Made by a program: the position numbers and the translations under genes
Part shown: positions 26,932 to 37,219 of the stretch, in pieces
Layout of the letters: each line of letters opens with the position of its first letter
Numbering within the stretch: position 1 is the stretch's first letter
Notes under the pieces: model-generated
Seen by the model: the letters and a program-made list of their open reading frames with translations, nothing else
The model's database searches: none
Told to the model about the DNA's origin: nothing
DNA from: an uncultured bacterium
Lineage (GTDB): Bacteria; Patescibacteriota; Minisyncoccia; UBA6257; GWB1-50-10
Direction of reading: 5' to 3'
Length of the DNA: 64,000 bases
NCBI GenBank assembly: GCA_963768835.1
Contig: CAVYJB010000001.1
Location: forward strand, 281,903-345,902

Positions 26932-27540
26932 TTAGTTCGTCGTAATCTGACCTGCGTCCGAAACGACAACCCATGTCGAAACGCTCTGGCCCGCCGGCGC
27001 AAGACCGATGCGGTAGGGCAAGGAATTGCCGGACGGAGCAAACGTGGTGGGATCCGGAGGTATATAGATGAGGTCCTGCCAGCTATTGTCGTTCCCGTCT
27101 TGGAGGGTCACCAAGACCCGTGGGTCGGTGGTATAGGTTTCAAGATCCTCGTCCCGGGCTCCGACGCCCGGGACGTACTTCCCTTGGCCATGGTATCCCC
27201 CGTCCCGGCACTGGGCATTAGGGCCGTTCGCGGGATCTATGAGATCCTGGAATATGGTGAACGTGGCATTCCCCGTCGGATTCTTCACGGCGTGCACGCC
27301 GAACCCGCATGCATCCGGGTTGCTATTCAATTTCTCAATGGCGAGCGACTTGGCTCGGTAGAACATCCCCGCAATGACCGCTTGGTCCTTATCCATCGCG
27401 ATCTGGACCTCGCTCGCGCGGCTATACGTGAGAAGGATGCCCGAGAGAGACGCCATCACGGCGATAACGACCATGAGCTCGATAAGAGTGAACCCTGTGC
27501 ATAAATTCCGGCGCTCCGTTCCCTTCATAGACCACTCCAT
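26932..27540 (-). CDS. Prepilin-type minor pilin (FimT/FimU-like)
   Basis: GFTLIELMVVIAV; start reassigned (27540 or 27528). Confidence 0.82.
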   Translation of the reverse strand: MEWSMKGTERRNLCTGFTLIELMVVIAVMASLSGILLTYSRASEVQIAMDKDQAVIAGMFYRAKSLAIEKLNSNPDACGFGVHAVKNPTGNATFTIFQDLIDPANGPNAQCRDGGYHGQGKYVPGVGARDEDLETYTTDPRVLVTLQDGNDNSWQDLIYIPPDPTTFAPSGNSLPYRIGLAPAGQSVSTWVVVSDAGQITTN

Positions 27541-27593
27541 TATACAACAAAAATCGCCGGTCCTCCCCGGTGTTCGCCCGCATTGAACGGAGG

Positions 27594-28499
27594 TTAGGAG
27601 AGCCCAAAGAGACGGAAGTACCACGTAAGGATCACGGAGCCGAGAAAAACCGTGAGCGCGGAGGCGAGAACGAGAAAGGGCGCGAACGGAAGCCGGTCTT
27701 TCATCCGCTTCCGACGCCTGAGGAGCGCCACAAGACCGACAGCGCCTCCGATGAAAAAGGAGAGGAGTACTACGAATGCGATGTCGGGCCAACCAAGAAG
27801 TACGCCTATCGCAAACCCGAGCTTCACGTCTCCGAACCCCATCGCGCGTCCGCGGCTCAAGCCCCAGAGCAGCCCGAAGGAGAGGACACCGACCGCCGCG
27901 CCCAGCACCCGGTTCCAAAAAATGCTGTTCACGGGGTTGAAAAGAAGGACGTAGGGTCCGAGGAAGGAGCTGCTCGTGGGCGGAAGCGCCGCGCCATGGA
28001 GCGCGGTGAGCCCGGCGACGAAAATACCAATGAGGAGCACGCCGAATGTGAGCTCGTTCGGGATGACGTAGGTCCGGAGATCGATCGCGGCGATGAGAAG
28101 CCACGCGAGGAACGCGAGAACCCAGGCACCCACGAGCCCGTAATACCAACCCGGCGCCAAGGCCACCGCAAAGACCGCATTTGGAATCCAGTAAAGATGG
28201 TTAAAAACGAGAGGGACCGCGACGAAGATCACTCCGGAGATCAGTTCCACGAGCGGATACTGGAGTGTGAGACGCGCCCGGCAGGTCCGGCACCGGCCCC
28301 GAAGGGCAAGGAAGCTAAGAACGGGGATTAGCTCTCGAAGAGTGAGGGTTCGCCCGCAATGAGGGCAGTGAGAGCGGCCACCGAGATGCCGAAATGAAAA
28401 AAGCGGCCCCTCAGGGTCGTAGCGCAGGATAACGACGTTCAGGAAACTCCCGACATTCGCGCCAAGAATGAAGAGGAGCGCAAAGAGAATGACCGCCAT
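27594..28499 (-). CDS. pilD: Prepilin peptidase (A24 family)
   Basis: GSFLNVVI.R, RSHCPHC...GRCRTC, IDL...IPN, MGFGDVKL and LPFAPFL. Confidence 0.95.
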   Translation of the reverse strand: MAVILFALLFILGANVGSFLNVVILRYDPEGPLFSFRHLGGRSHCPHCGRTLTLRELIPVLSFLALRGRCRTCRARLTLQYPLVELISGVIFVAVPLVFNHLYWIPNAVFAVALAPGWYYGLVGAWVLAFLAWLLIAAIDLRTYVIPNELTFGVLLIGIFVAGLTALHGAALPPTSSSFLGPYVLLFNPVNSIFWNRVLGAAVGVLSFGLLWGLSRGRAMGFGDVKLGFAIGVLLGWPDIAFVVLLSFFIGGAVGLVALLRRRKRMKDRLPFAPFLVLASALTVFLGSVILTWYFRLFGLS

Positions 28500-28508
28500 G
28501 GGCCGCGG

Positions 28509-28991
28509 CTACCGTCCCGGGACGCCGAGCGCGACGCAGTAGGCTTTCGTATCTCCACAGACGCACGTTGGAGCGGGAAGGACCGGACTATTGCGGGGCC
28601 CGACGTTGTAGGCGATGTTATCGGTCGGTTTCCAGCTCGGGATATCTGTCGTGAGATTATTCTCCAAACAGTCACCGATCACGTAGCTGTCGCGCGAAAG
28701 CTGATAGTACTGGTATTGACCGCCCTGGGGATCCTGCGGCATGCCGGGGATGGCGGGGGTGCTTGCGTTGTAAAAAATATCTTGGGTGGGATACATCCCG
28801 TTCTCCGAGTGATAGGCCTCGAGACCGTTTTGGATCTCCCGTATGTCCGCGATGCGACGGGCGTCACGGGCGCGGCTCCGCGCGGTGCCGAGCCCCACGA
28901 GGATGGTGGAGGAGAGGAGCCCGATGATGGCGATGACCACCAGCATCTCGATGAGGGTGAACCCCGCGCGCCGCCCGGAAGTACTGTGCAT
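28509..28991 (-). CDS. Type IV pilin/GspG-like protein
   Basis: GFTLIEMLVVIAIIGLLSS...ARDARRIADI...PQDP. Confidence 0.9.
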   Translation of the reverse strand: MHSTSGRRAGFTLIEMLVVIAIIGLLSSTILVGLGTARSRARDARRIADIREIQNGLEAYHSENGMYPTQDIFYNASTPAIPGMPQDPQGGQYQYYQLSRDSYVIGDCLENNLTTDIPSWKPTDNIAYNVGPRNSPVLPAPTCVCGDTKAYCVALGVPGR

Positions 28992-29045
28992 CGTTAGTTA
29001 GCTGATATAGCTCGGCCTATTCCCTCTATTATAGCACATCGCGCC

Positions 29046-29495
29046 TCACGAACCCGACAGCACGCCACCTTCTATGCACTGAGCATTGGGGTCTCCTTGG
29101 CACGTGAGAGGGTTTCCGTCCTGGTCCGCAGGATCGCACGGTAGCGTGCCGTTCAAGCTCACCCCAGTGGCATTCTCAAGCAATGCGCCAACAACGTAAG
29201 CCTGGCCGTCAGGACGCTGGCAGTAATAGTAAGGGTCGCCACCCTGAGGGTCGTGGGGAAGCGTACCGTTACTCGTGAGAGAGAGAAACTCGCTCGGCGG
29301 GGGGTATCCTTTTGTCGGCGTGTAGTACTCGATCTCCATGTAATTCTGGATCTGTTTCAAATCCTCTAGGCGCCGCTGGTCGCGTGCTTTTGACCGCGCG
29401 CTTCCGAGACCGATCACGACGGTCGACGCGAGGAGCGCAATGATGCCGATGACCACCAGCATCTCTATAAGCGTGAATCCTTTTCTGCCTCGCAT
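29046..29495 (-). CDS. Type IV pilin/GspG-like protein
   Basis: MRGRKGFTLIEMLVVIGII...ARDQRRLEDL. Confidence 0.9.
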   Translation of the reverse strand: MRGRKGFTLIEMLVVIGIIALLASTVVIGLGSARSKARDQRRLEDLKQIQNYMEIEYYTPTKGYPPPSEFLSLTSNGTLPHDPQGGDPYYYCQRPDGQAYVVGALLENATGVSLNGTLPCDPADQDGNPLTCQGDPNAQCIEGGVLSGS

Positions 29496-29505
29496 TGCGA
29501 TGGGA

Positions 29506-29937
29506 CTATTGCCCGGAGAGAAGCAGGCAGTACCGGTGCTGGTTATCGCACGAGAGCCCGCCAGGACACCTGGCCGCCACCTCGCTCGCCGGGATGGCGT
29601 TGTCGGTCCCCTCAAGGCAGGCGCCGACCTGGGCGGTGTCGCCCCCTCCTGAAACCTGGTAAGCATAAGGAACGCTGTTAGGGTCATCCTGCGGCGCCGA
29701 GCCTGTAAGCGCGGGAGGGTAACCGTTCGCGGAGCTATAGTTGATCTCGGCCCAGTTCTGGATCTGAGTCACGTCCGCCACGCGCCGCGAGTCGCGCGCT
29801 TTTATCCGCGCGCTCCCGAGACCGATAATAACGGTGGACGAGAGAAGCCCGATGATGGCAATAACCACGAGCATCTCGATGAGGGTGAAACCGCGACGAC
29901 CCCAATTATTTCTCATCATATTGTGTGCGTTTGTCAT
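29506..29937 (-). CDS. Type IV pilin/GspG-like protein
   Basis: RRGFTLIEMLVVIAIIGLLSS...ARDSRRVADV; start uncertain. Confidence 0.9.
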   Translation of the reverse strand: MTNAHNMMRNNWGRRGFTLIEMLVVIAIIGLLSSTVIIGLGSARIKARDSRRVADVTQIQNWAEINYSSANGYPPALTGSAPQDDPNSVPYAYQVSGGGDTAQVGACLEGTDNAIPASEVAARCPGGLSCDNQHRYCLLLSGQ

Positions 29938-29958
29938 CAAGTAGACCTCTCTATTATA

Positions 29959-29990
29959 CAACAACCCGTTCGCGGAGAACGGGGTTGTTG
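29959..29990. terminator. Hairpin after the first pilin gene
   Basis: CAACAACCCGTTC-GCGGA-GAACGGGGTTGTTG. Confidence 0.65.
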
Positions 29991-30025
29991 GTATTGCCCT
30001 ACCGGCGAACTAGCTCCTTAGGAAA

Positions 30026-30439
30026 TCACTGATTGGAAACACAGTATATTACGCCGCTCTGGCAGGCTGGTGTTCCTCCACACGGATTCGTCGAGCCTGT
30101 CTGGCCTACAGGTGGTGCTTTTTCAAGAGTGGCTGCAATGTAATATTCATTATTCGACGTGCCGCACACTTCGTAGCCATAAGGGTTGTTATTCAGGGGA
30201 TCCTTGGGCATGGATGCGGGGAGTGCGGGGGGATACCCAGTTCCGGGAACAAAATTCTGTTCAACGTAGTTCTGGATCTCTTTCACGTCCGCCATTCGCC
30301 GAGCGTCTCGCGCTTGCGACCGCGCGCTCCCGAGGCCGATAACAATAATAGAGGAGAGAAGCCCGATAATGGCGATGACCACGAGCATCTCGATGAGGGT
30401 GAAACCTTTTCGGTTCTCCATGATTCTATTGGTTTTCAT
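30026..30439 (-). CDS. Type IV pilin (candidate major pilin)
   Basis: RKGFTLIEMLVVIAIIGLLSS; own TATAAT upstream (minus strand 30480-30485) and own hairpin downstream. Confidence 0.9.
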   Translation of the reverse strand: MKTNRIMENRKGFTLIEMLVVIAIIGLLSSIIVIGLGSARSQARDARRMADVKEIQNYVEQNFVPGTGYPPALPASMPKDPLNNNPYGYEVCGTSNNEYYIAATLEKAPPVGQTGSTNPCGGTPACQSGVIYCVSNQ

Positions 30440-30496
30440 TCTAATAGAAGAATTTGGACGACCTTTCGTAAGTATCTTTATTATAGCAAATACTGC

Positions 30497-31702
30497 TCAG
30501 ATGGACCGCGTAAGGTTGTAGAGAGGCAGGAGAATGGCGGCGAAGAGCCCCCCCACCAGGACGCCGATAACGACCATCATGATAGGCTGGATAAGTTCCG
30601 CGAAATTGCTCGTGGTATTCTCCGCCTCGCGCCGATAGAAATCTCCCACCTTCGAAAGAAGGATCTCAAGGCGCCCTGTCGCCTCTCCGACGGCGATGAG
30701 CTGGCCTACCAAAGGCGGGAAGAACGGCGCGTCCTTCAGGGCCTGGGACAGGAGCACGCCTTTCCGGATGGACTGAGCCGCGTTGTGCAGGATTTCCCGG
30801 TAGATGCTGTTCCCGATGGTGTGTGAGGAGATCTCAACGGCCTGCGGGATGGTAAGGCCTCCTTGGATGAGAACGCGGGCCGATTCCGCAAAGCGGGAAA
30901 GATAGAGTTTCTGGAAAAGCGGGCCGAAAATGGGGAGCCGGAGCGAAAGTTCGTCTTTTACCACCTTCCCTTCCGCCGACTGGAAGTAGTTTACAAGGAC
31001 CCCCGTGACCACGACGACAAGGATGAGGAGCAACCACCACCAGTTCAGGACGAACGTGCCGCCCGTGAGAAGAATCTTCGTATAGATCGGAAGGTCCACG
31101 CCCGACTCCGTGAAGATGGGCATGAGCTGGGGCAGCACCATCGTGAGCATCACAATCACCACGACGATGAAGAGCACGATGATAAACGCCGGGTAAATGA
31201 GGGCGCTCCGGACCTTGCTGATCAGGATATCCTGCTTCTCGAGATAGTCCGCGAGGAAATCCAGCACATCGCTCAGGCGTCCCGTAACCTCCGCCGACTT
31301 CACCATATTAATGTAGAACTCAGAGAAAACGTTCGGATGCCGGGCGAGCGCCTGGGAAAGCGAGAAACCCGATTGGATGTCGTTCCCGATCTCCGCAATG
31401 GCCTCCTTCAAAACCGGTTTCGTCGTCTGCGCATAGAGGTTCCGAAGGCTGTCTCCCAAGGGCACCTGGGACGCGAGAAGGGTCGCGAACTGCCGCGTGA
31501 AGATCATGAGATCCGCGGACCGCACACGCGAAAACATATTCGTGAGGCTGTCGTACCAGGCGCCTCCTTCCGCGCTCTCAATCGAGAGAATAAAAAGCCC
31601 GTGCGAGAGAAGGATGGTGGTCGCGGCCTCGCGAGTCGCGGCCTCCACGCTCCCCACCTGGAGCTCGCCGTCCTTGGTCCGCGCTTTGTAGGTAAACTTC
31701 AT
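30497..31702 (-). CDS. pilC: Type IV pilus platform protein PilC (GspF family)
   Basis: FTRQFATLL, SALIYPAF and VGEATGRLE. Confidence 0.94.
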   Translation of the reverse strand: MKFTYKARTKDGELQVGSVEAATREAATTILLSHGLFILSIESAEGGAWYDSLTNMFSRVRSADLMIFTRQFATLLASQVPLGDSLRNLYAQTTKPVLKEAIAEIGNDIQSGFSLSQALARHPNVFSEFYINMVKSAEVTGRLSDVLDFLADYLEKQDILISKVRSALIYPAFIIVLFIVVVIVMLTMVLPQLMPIFTESGVDLPIYTKILLTGGTFVLNWWWLLLILVVVVTGVLVNYFQSAEGKVVKDELSLRLPIFGPLFQKLYLSRFAESARVLIQGGLTIPQAVEISSHTIGNSIYREILHNAAQSIRKGVLLSQALKDAPFFPPLVGQLIAVGEATGRLEILLSKVGDFYRREAENTTSNFAELIQPIMMVVIGVLVGGLFAAILLPLYNLTRSI

Positions 31703-31714
31703 GGCGGTAGAAAT

Positions 31715-32788
31715 CTAAGTTCGCTCCAGGAGAATCCGGAGCTCCGCGGGGTTCAAGGAGAACAACTCGGCCTGTTCCAGGGAAACTTCCTTTTGCTTCA
31801 CGAGGTTCACGAGGGAGCGGTTCAAAGAGATCATCCCCTCCTGCACCGAGGTCTCGATCACGAGATCGATCTGGTAGATCTTCTTCTCGCGGATCAGGTT
31901 CCGGACCGCGGAGTTCATGAGCATAACCTCCGTCACGGGCACCCGGCCGCCTCCGAGGCGCGGTACCAGCCGCTGAGAAATGATGCCGACGAGGGTGGAG
32001 GCGAGCTGTGAAACGATCTGGCCTTGCTGTTCCGAGGGGAAGGAGTCGATGATGCGGTCGATGGTCTGGGAGGCGGAGTTCGTGTGAAGCGTGGAGAAAA
32101 CCACGTGGCCCGTCTCCGCGGCCGTCATCGCGGTTGCGATGGTTTCGGGGTCGCGCATCTCGCCGATCATGACGACATCGGGGTCCTGCCGCAGAATGGC
32201 CCGAAGGGCTTCATGGAACGAGGTGGCGTCCTGCCCCACTTCGCGCTGGGAGATGATGCACCGATCCTGGGAAAAGATGTACTCAATGGGGTCCTCGACG
32301 GTGATGATGTGCTCGGTGCGTTTGTGGTTCACCTCATCCAAGATTCCCGCGAGAGTCGTGGATTTCCCGTGCCCGGCGGGGCCCACCACGAGCACAAAAC
32401 CCTGGTTCAGCTTCGCAAAATCATGGAGGATGGGCGGGAGGTTCAGTTCATCGATGGTACGGATGCGCGCGGGGATGAGCCGGAGCGCGGCCGCCATGAA
32501 GCCCCGCTGGTAGTAGACGTTCACGCGGAAGCGCGCCTTCTCCTCGTAGTCGTAGGAGAAATCGAGCTGCCGCAGCTTCAGGAACCGATCGCGCTGGTCA
32601 TCCGTCAGGAGCGCCATCACGAGCCCCTCCGTGTCCTCCTTCGTGAGGACCTGCTCCTTGGCGAGCGGGATGAGGACGCTGTCGACACGGATCGTCGGGC
32701 GACGGCCCACCGCGATGTGCAGGTCCGACGCGTTCTGGCGCGCCGTGACGAGAAGGAGTTCGTTCAATTTTTCCTTGTGGTTCTCCAT
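31715..32788 (-). CDS. pilT: Type IV pilus retraction ATPase
   Basis: ASDLHI, GPAGHGKSTTLA, LRQDPDVVMIGEMRD and AAETGHVVFSTLHT. Confidence 0.94.
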   Translation of the reverse strand: MENHKEKLNELLLVTARQNASDLHIAVGRRPTIRVDSVLIPLAKEQVLTKEDTEGLVMALLTDDQRDRFLKLRQLDFSYDYEEKARFRVNVYYQRGFMAAALRLIPARIRTIDELNLPPILHDFAKLNQGFVLVVGPAGHGKSTTLAGILDEVNHKRTEHIITVEDPIEYIFSQDRCIISQREVGQDATSFHEALRAILRQDPDVVMIGEMRDPETIATAMTAAETGHVVFSTLHTNSASQTIDRIIDSFPSEQQGQIVSQLASTLVGIISQRLVPRLGGGRVPVTEVMLMNSAVRNLIREKKIYQIDLVIETSVQEGMISLNRSLVNLVKQKEVSLEQAELFSLNPAELRILLERT

Positions 32789-32814
32789 AATATTTTTATT
32801 GTATCATGCTTCCT

Positions 32815-34554
32815 CTAAGAGCGCGGCGTGGCGGTCTCGCTCAAGACCTCTTCCATCGACATGCTTCCGTCGAGCGCCTTAAGAACCGCGTCCTGCCGGA
32901 GCGTTACCATCCCCTGGCGTAGAGCCTCGTCGCGGAGCGTACCTTCCGTGAATCCTCTCGTGATGAGGTCACCGAGCTCACGCGTCATCCGGAACATCTC
33001 GAAGATGGCTACGCGCCCCGCAATGCCGCGACCGTGGCAAATCTTGCAGTCCGCCTTCGGCTGCACCTGATAGACCGTGTAGGGCGGTTTGTAGGGGACG
33101 TCTTTCAAGAGCCCCTCCGGCATGTTCGCGAGGGCTTCCTCGATAGCATGTGCCGCGTCCTTCGAGGCCGCGACCGGCACCCGGCACGACGGGCAGATCT
33201 GGACCACGAGCCGCTGGGCCATGAGAAGGTTCAGGGCTGAGGACAGAAGAAAAGGAGGCACGCCGAGGTCCACAAGACGCGGGATGACACCGATGGCGTT
33301 ATTTGTGTGGATGGTCGAGAGCACCACATGGCCCGTCAAAGCTGCATTCACGGCAAGGTCCGCGGTCTCGGAATCGCGGATCTCCCCCACCATGATGACA
33401 TCAGGGTCTTGCCGGAGAATCTGCCGGAGCCCCGACGCGAACGTGTAACCGATCTCCGGCTTCACCTGGGATTGGTTGATGCCTTCCATGAAATACTCGA
33501 CCGGATCCTCGAGCGTCAGGATGTTCTGCGATTCCTTGTTGATGCGCTGCATCATCGCGTAGAGCGTCGTCGTCTTCCCGGAACCCGTGGGGCCCGAGAG
33601 GAGGAGCATCCCGAACGGACGTCCGACGGCTTCGTCCAACGCGCCTGCGTTCCATTTATTGAGGCCTAGCTGGTCGAGACCCTTCAGCCCCGTCGCCGTG
33701 TCGAGCACCCGGATCGCGACCTTCTCGCCGGCGGGCGTGGGGAAAGTCGCCACGCGGTAGTCGATGTCGCGCCCGAAAAGGAAGGTGCGGAAGCGCCCAT
33801 CCTGCGGGATGCGGGTTTCGTCGAGCTTCAGACGCGAGAGCACCTTCACGCGGGAGACGATGGGTTGAGCGAGACTCGGCGGGAGCGACGCCACCTCGCG
33901 GAGCTCTCCGTCCAGACGCATCCGGATCCGGAGGCGACCCCGCTGGGGCTCGATGTGAATGTCCGACGCCTGCTGCTGAACCGCTTCCTGAAGCGTCGAG
34001 GCCACGATCTTGATGATCGGAGCGTCGTCCGCGGAGCCGCCCTCTTCAAGCCCCACAAAATGGCCCGGCTCTTCCGCGGGCCGCCCGATTTCCTTCACCG
34101 CGGCCGCGATCTCCGTTTGGTAGGGAGCGTAGCGGCGCCACACCGCGGCGAGATCCGTCGGGGTCACGAGATAGACGCCGAGGCTCACCCCTTGCTGCTT
34201 CGCGATGAACTTCAGGGCTTCCTGCGCGCGGAGATCGTCGGGGTGCATCATCCCGACGACCAGCATGTTGCCGGATTTCGAGATGGGCGCGAGGCGATAC
34301 GTCACCGCTGTTTCCCGCGGGATAGAGCGCACGAGCTCCTCGGAAACTTCGGAGGCGTCCACCTGCTTGTAGGGGACACCTGTGAGCTCGCTCTTTACCT
34401 TGGCAACCGCGACTTCGTCCGCTTGCCGCTTCTCATAGAGAATCTCCTCGGCCGAGCGCCCAACAAACGCTCCGTCCCGGAGCGCTTGCTCAGCCTCGCT
34501 ATTGCCCACCAGCTTCCGTTTAACGAGTTCTCGGACAAGTTCCTGATCGGTCAT
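32815..34554 (-). CDS. pilB: Type IV pilus assembly ATPase (GspE/PilB)
   Basis: ASDIHIEP, PQDGRF, GPTGSGKTTTLY and the CxxC...CxxC pair. Confidence 0.94.
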   Translation of the reverse strand: MTDQELVRELVKRKLVGNSEAEQALRDGAFVGRSAEEILYEKRQADEVAVAKVKSELTGVPYKQVDASEVSEELVRSIPRETAVTYRLAPISKSGNMLVVGMMHPDDLRAQEALKFIAKQQGVSLGVYLVTPTDLAAVWRRYAPYQTEIAAAVKEIGRPAEEPGHFVGLEEGGSADDAPIIKIVASTLQEAVQQQASDIHIEPQRGRLRIRMRLDGELREVASLPPSLAQPIVSRVKVLSRLKLDETRIPQDGRFRTFLFGRDIDYRVATFPTPAGEKVAIRVLDTATGLKGLDQLGLNKWNAGALDEAVGRPFGMLLLSGPTGSGKTTTLYAMMQRINKESQNILTLEDPVEYFMEGINQSQVKPEIGYTFASGLRQILRQDPDVIMVGEIRDSETADLAVNAALTGHVVLSTIHTNNAIGVIPRLVDLGVPPFLLSSALNLLMAQRLVVQICPSCRVPVAASKDAAHAIEEALANMPEGLLKDVPYKPPYTVYQVQPKADCKICHGRGIAGRVAIFEMFRMTRELGDLITRGFTEGTLRDEALRQGMVTLRQDAVLKALDGSMSMEEVLSETATPRS

Positions 34555-34560
34555 TGAAGG

Positions 34561-34872
34561 TCAGAGAGACTTGAAGGGATTGTCCTTCCCGGGAGGCGGG
34601 GTTGTGAGGGGGGTCGTATAGTCATGGAGAAGGCTAAATACCTTGGATTCCCGGGTGCCCGAGGTGGGGTCCACGACGGATTTGGGGTCGAGGTTCAGCT
34701 GCGAGAGGTTTTTCACGTCCTGGAGATTGCCGGGGAGCACCACGTCCACCGTCTGCGGAGCTTTGAAAAAGAGGTAGTACCCGCCCGTGACGACCGCCAC
34801 GAGGATCAAAATGAACGAGATCAGTCCGATCCAGTTCATCGGTTTCTTTTCCTGTTCTACAAGAATAGCCAT
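34561..34872 (-). CDS. Small membrane-anchored pilus-cluster protein
   Basis: Single TM; ends GKDNPFKSL; lies between pilO and pilB. Confidence 0.7.
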   Translation of the reverse strand: MAILVEQEKKPMNWIGLISFILILVAVVTGGYYLFFKAPQTVDVVLPGNLQDVKNLSQLNLDPKSVVDPTSGTRESKVFSLLHDYTTPLTTPPPGKDNPFKSL

Positions 34873-34876
34873 GGGG

Positions 34877-35449
34877 TTATTGCGCGTCCTGATAATATAC
34901 GTCGACCGTGAGGGAGAGGAGGTTCGTGGTATCCGCGTTCTTGCCGACGCCCGGCTGGAATTTTAGATCCGTGACATTCGCCACACGGACGCTCGTCTCA
35001 AGAAGCTGGAGAAATTGTTTCAGCTGCGGGTACGTACCCTGCGCCGCGAGCGTTATCTCAAACGTCTCGATCTGACGAATGAAGGGTTGTGTCGGCGGCT
35101 GGGTGCTAAAGACCTGCTTGAAGGCGAGGCTTGTGAGGGTCGCGCCCGCGGAGGCCGCGGTCGCCTCCACCTGACGCAGGGCTCCGATGGTTTCCTGTCC
35201 GTTCGGCATGGCGAGAGAGACGGTGGTCTGGAGGCTCGCCAGGTTCTTGAACTGCGCGATCAGGTTCTGCACCTGGGTCACCGCCTCGGACTGGTTTTGG
35301 AACAGCGCTCCCTTGGAAGCCACCTCGTTGCGTACCTGCGTGATCGTGCCAACCTCGGGGATGATAAGATTCGCGTAGACGATAATCGCCCCGATGAAAA
35401 GGAGGAGTGAAGCTCCGATACTGAGAATGCGTTTGGTGGATACGCGCAT
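34877..35449 (-). CDS. pilO: PilO-like protein
   Basis: N-terminal TM, coiled coil and GTYPQLKQFLQLLETSVRVANV; position in operon. Confidence 0.8.
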   Translation of the reverse strand: MRVSTKRILSIGASLLLFIGAIIVYANLIIPEVGTITQVRNEVASKGALFQNQSEAVTQVQNLIAQFKNLASLQTTVSLAMPNGQETIGALRQVEATAASAGATLTSLAFKQVFSTQPPTQPFIRQIETFEITLAAQGTYPQLKQFLQLLETSVRVANVTDLKFQPGVGKNADTTNLLSLTVDVYYQDAQ

Positions 35450-35456
35450 GGTCGCT

Positions 35457-36032
35457 CTAGATGGTGGGCTTATCGAAAAACGTGGGGATGAACTTCAAGT
35501 CGATGGAGAAGGAAACGCTCCCGGGCTGGAGATCGACGCTCGACAGGAGCACGGTGGCGATCTCCGGTTGCTTCTGGAATATGCCCACCTGCGCCGCGAC
35601 CGTATCGAACGTGTCCGCGATCCCTTTGAGGTTCAGAGTGCCGTCCGAGACCTTTCCTGTCGCCTCGGTGAAGTAGAGCGTCGGCAGACTGCTCCGCTCG
35701 AGGAAAGTGAAAATGTTGGAAGAGAACGGGTGGCTCTGGAGCACCTTCTGCAGGTTGGCGATCTGGGAATAGAAGGTGATGAACCGGTCGCGGTCTTCGT
35801 TGCTCACCTGCTGTCCCAGCTGGCTGATCTGCGTATCGATGGCCTTCGACTGCGCGTTCAGGGAAGTCTCATAGCCGGCCTTCAGGCCGACGTAGGCAAA
35901 CACCGTGAGCCCGAAGATGACGATGGCGGCTACGAGGAGCTTCCACGGCCAACCGACCGGAAGGCTCTCGGTGGAGAACTCCTCCGAAATATTGCTGATG
36001 TTACCGATTGGGGACCCCTCTTGTGGTGGCAT
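35457..36032 (-). CDS. pilN: PilN-like protein
   Basis: TM plus coiled coil plus LNLKGIA; lies between pilM and pilO. Confidence 0.7.
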   Translation of the reverse strand: MPPQEGSPIGNISNISEEFSTESLPVGWPWKLLVAAIVIFGLTVFAYVGLKAGYETSLNAQSKAIDTQISQLGQQVSNEDRDRFITFYSQIANLQKVLQSHPFSSNIFTFLERSSLPTLYFTEATGKVSDGTLNLKGIADTFDTVAAQVGIFQKQPEIATVLLSSVDLQPGSVSFSIDLKFIPTFFDKPTI

Positions 36033-37125
36033 AGTATTTGAGTGCGAGGCCGGTTGCGAGAGCGAGCTTGGCGTTCAGGGACGGGATGGCGGGTTCGACG
36101 TCGGACGGATAATGGAGCTGCAGGAAAGGACGAGGTTCCGAGAGCTTCAGCTGCAGCCGGGCCGCCGCGTAGTCGCCGATGCCCGGAAGATTGGCGCCGC
36201 CGCCCACGAGCATCGCGCGTTCCACCGTTTTTCCTTTCCCTCCCTGGTAGATGCCTCGCACGCGTTCGGCTTCCTGTATTATAACATCCAGAAACGGCTC
36301 GAGCGAGGTCGATAATTCGCTTTCTCCGCCGAACCCGAGGAGACCCCGGCGGCATTTGAGTTCTTCGGCCCGCCACGCGCTTACATCGAGGCTCCGCGCC
36401 AGGGCCTGCGTCAGGGCCACACCGCCATAGTCGGTCTGGCCGGTTTGCTTCAGGGCTCCGCCCTCCACCACCGCGAGTCCCGTCGATTCCGCTCCGATAT
36501 CGATGATGAGCGTCGGTGGATCCGCCGCAGTGAGGAGCGAACGGATCAGGGCATGGCTCTCGACCTCGATGGAGGAGAGCGGAATCCCCGCCATCTGGAA
36601 GATGTTCTTGTACCGCTGGAGCGTCTCATTGGGGATCGCGGTAAGGAGGATGCGCTGGAATTGCTGTCCCTTGTCGTTCTCATACTCCTCCACCTTCGTC
36701 CAGTCGAGCGTCGCCTTCTCCGGCGGGATGGGGATATACTGCCGTGCCTGGAAGAAAAGCGACTGCTGGGTCTCCGCCGGAGAAAGCATGGGCATCTCGA
36801 TCGGAACGACGAAGACCCCGAAGAGCGGCACGGACGCGACCACATGATCCACGCCCGGGCGCATGTCCCGCAGCAGGGTCTTGAGGAGCACCGCGGTATC
36901 TTTCTCTACCAGCTTGAACGAGGTGGTCTGGATGACCTCGTTCGAGCGCTCCAGATACTCCTTCTTTTCGAGAATGCCGTAGTTCACGAGCTTCACGGCA
37001 TCCGCCGTCCGCTCAACCTCGACGGCTTTTATGGAAACCGTGCCGATATCCACGCCCAGCGTGCGTTTATATTTCAGAAACTGGAAAACATCGCCGAAAA
37101 AATCGCTAAGGATACCGAATCGCAT
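36001..37125 (-). CDS. pilM: Type IV pilus assembly protein PilM
   Basis: LGVDIGTVSIKAVE, IIDIGAEST, LVGGGANLPG and ALATGLAL. Confidence 0.92.
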   Translation of the reverse strand: MRFGILSDFFGDVFQFLKYKRTLGVDIGTVSIKAVEVERTADAVKLVNYGILEKKEYLERSNEVIQTTSFKLVEKDTAVLLKTLLRDMRPGVDHVVASVPLFGVFVVPIEMPMLSPAETQQSLFFQARQYIPIPPEKATLDWTKVEEYENDKGQQFQRILLTAIPNETLQRYKNIFQMAGIPLSSIEVESHALIRSLLTAADPPTLIIDIGAESTGLAVVEGGALKQTGQTDYGGVALTQALARSLDVSAWRAEELKCRRGLLGFGGESELSTSLEPFLDVIIQEAERVRGIYQGGKGKTVERAMLVGGGANLPGIGDYAAARLQLKLSEPRPFLQLHYPSDVEPAIPSLNAKLALATGLALKYYATTRGVPNR

Positions 37126-37167
37126 GTCTCCATTCTACCACAGTACTCCGCGACCGCGTGCGGGCGA

Positions 37168-37197
37168 CAAAACCCCGCTCCGGAGGAGCGGGTTTTG
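37168..37197 (-). terminator. Terminator after the giant Ig protein gene
   Basis: CAAAACCCCGCTCC-GGA-GGAGCGGGTTTTG. Confidence 0.7.
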
Positions 37198-37219
37198 AGT
37201 CCGAGAAAAGGAGGTGCGG

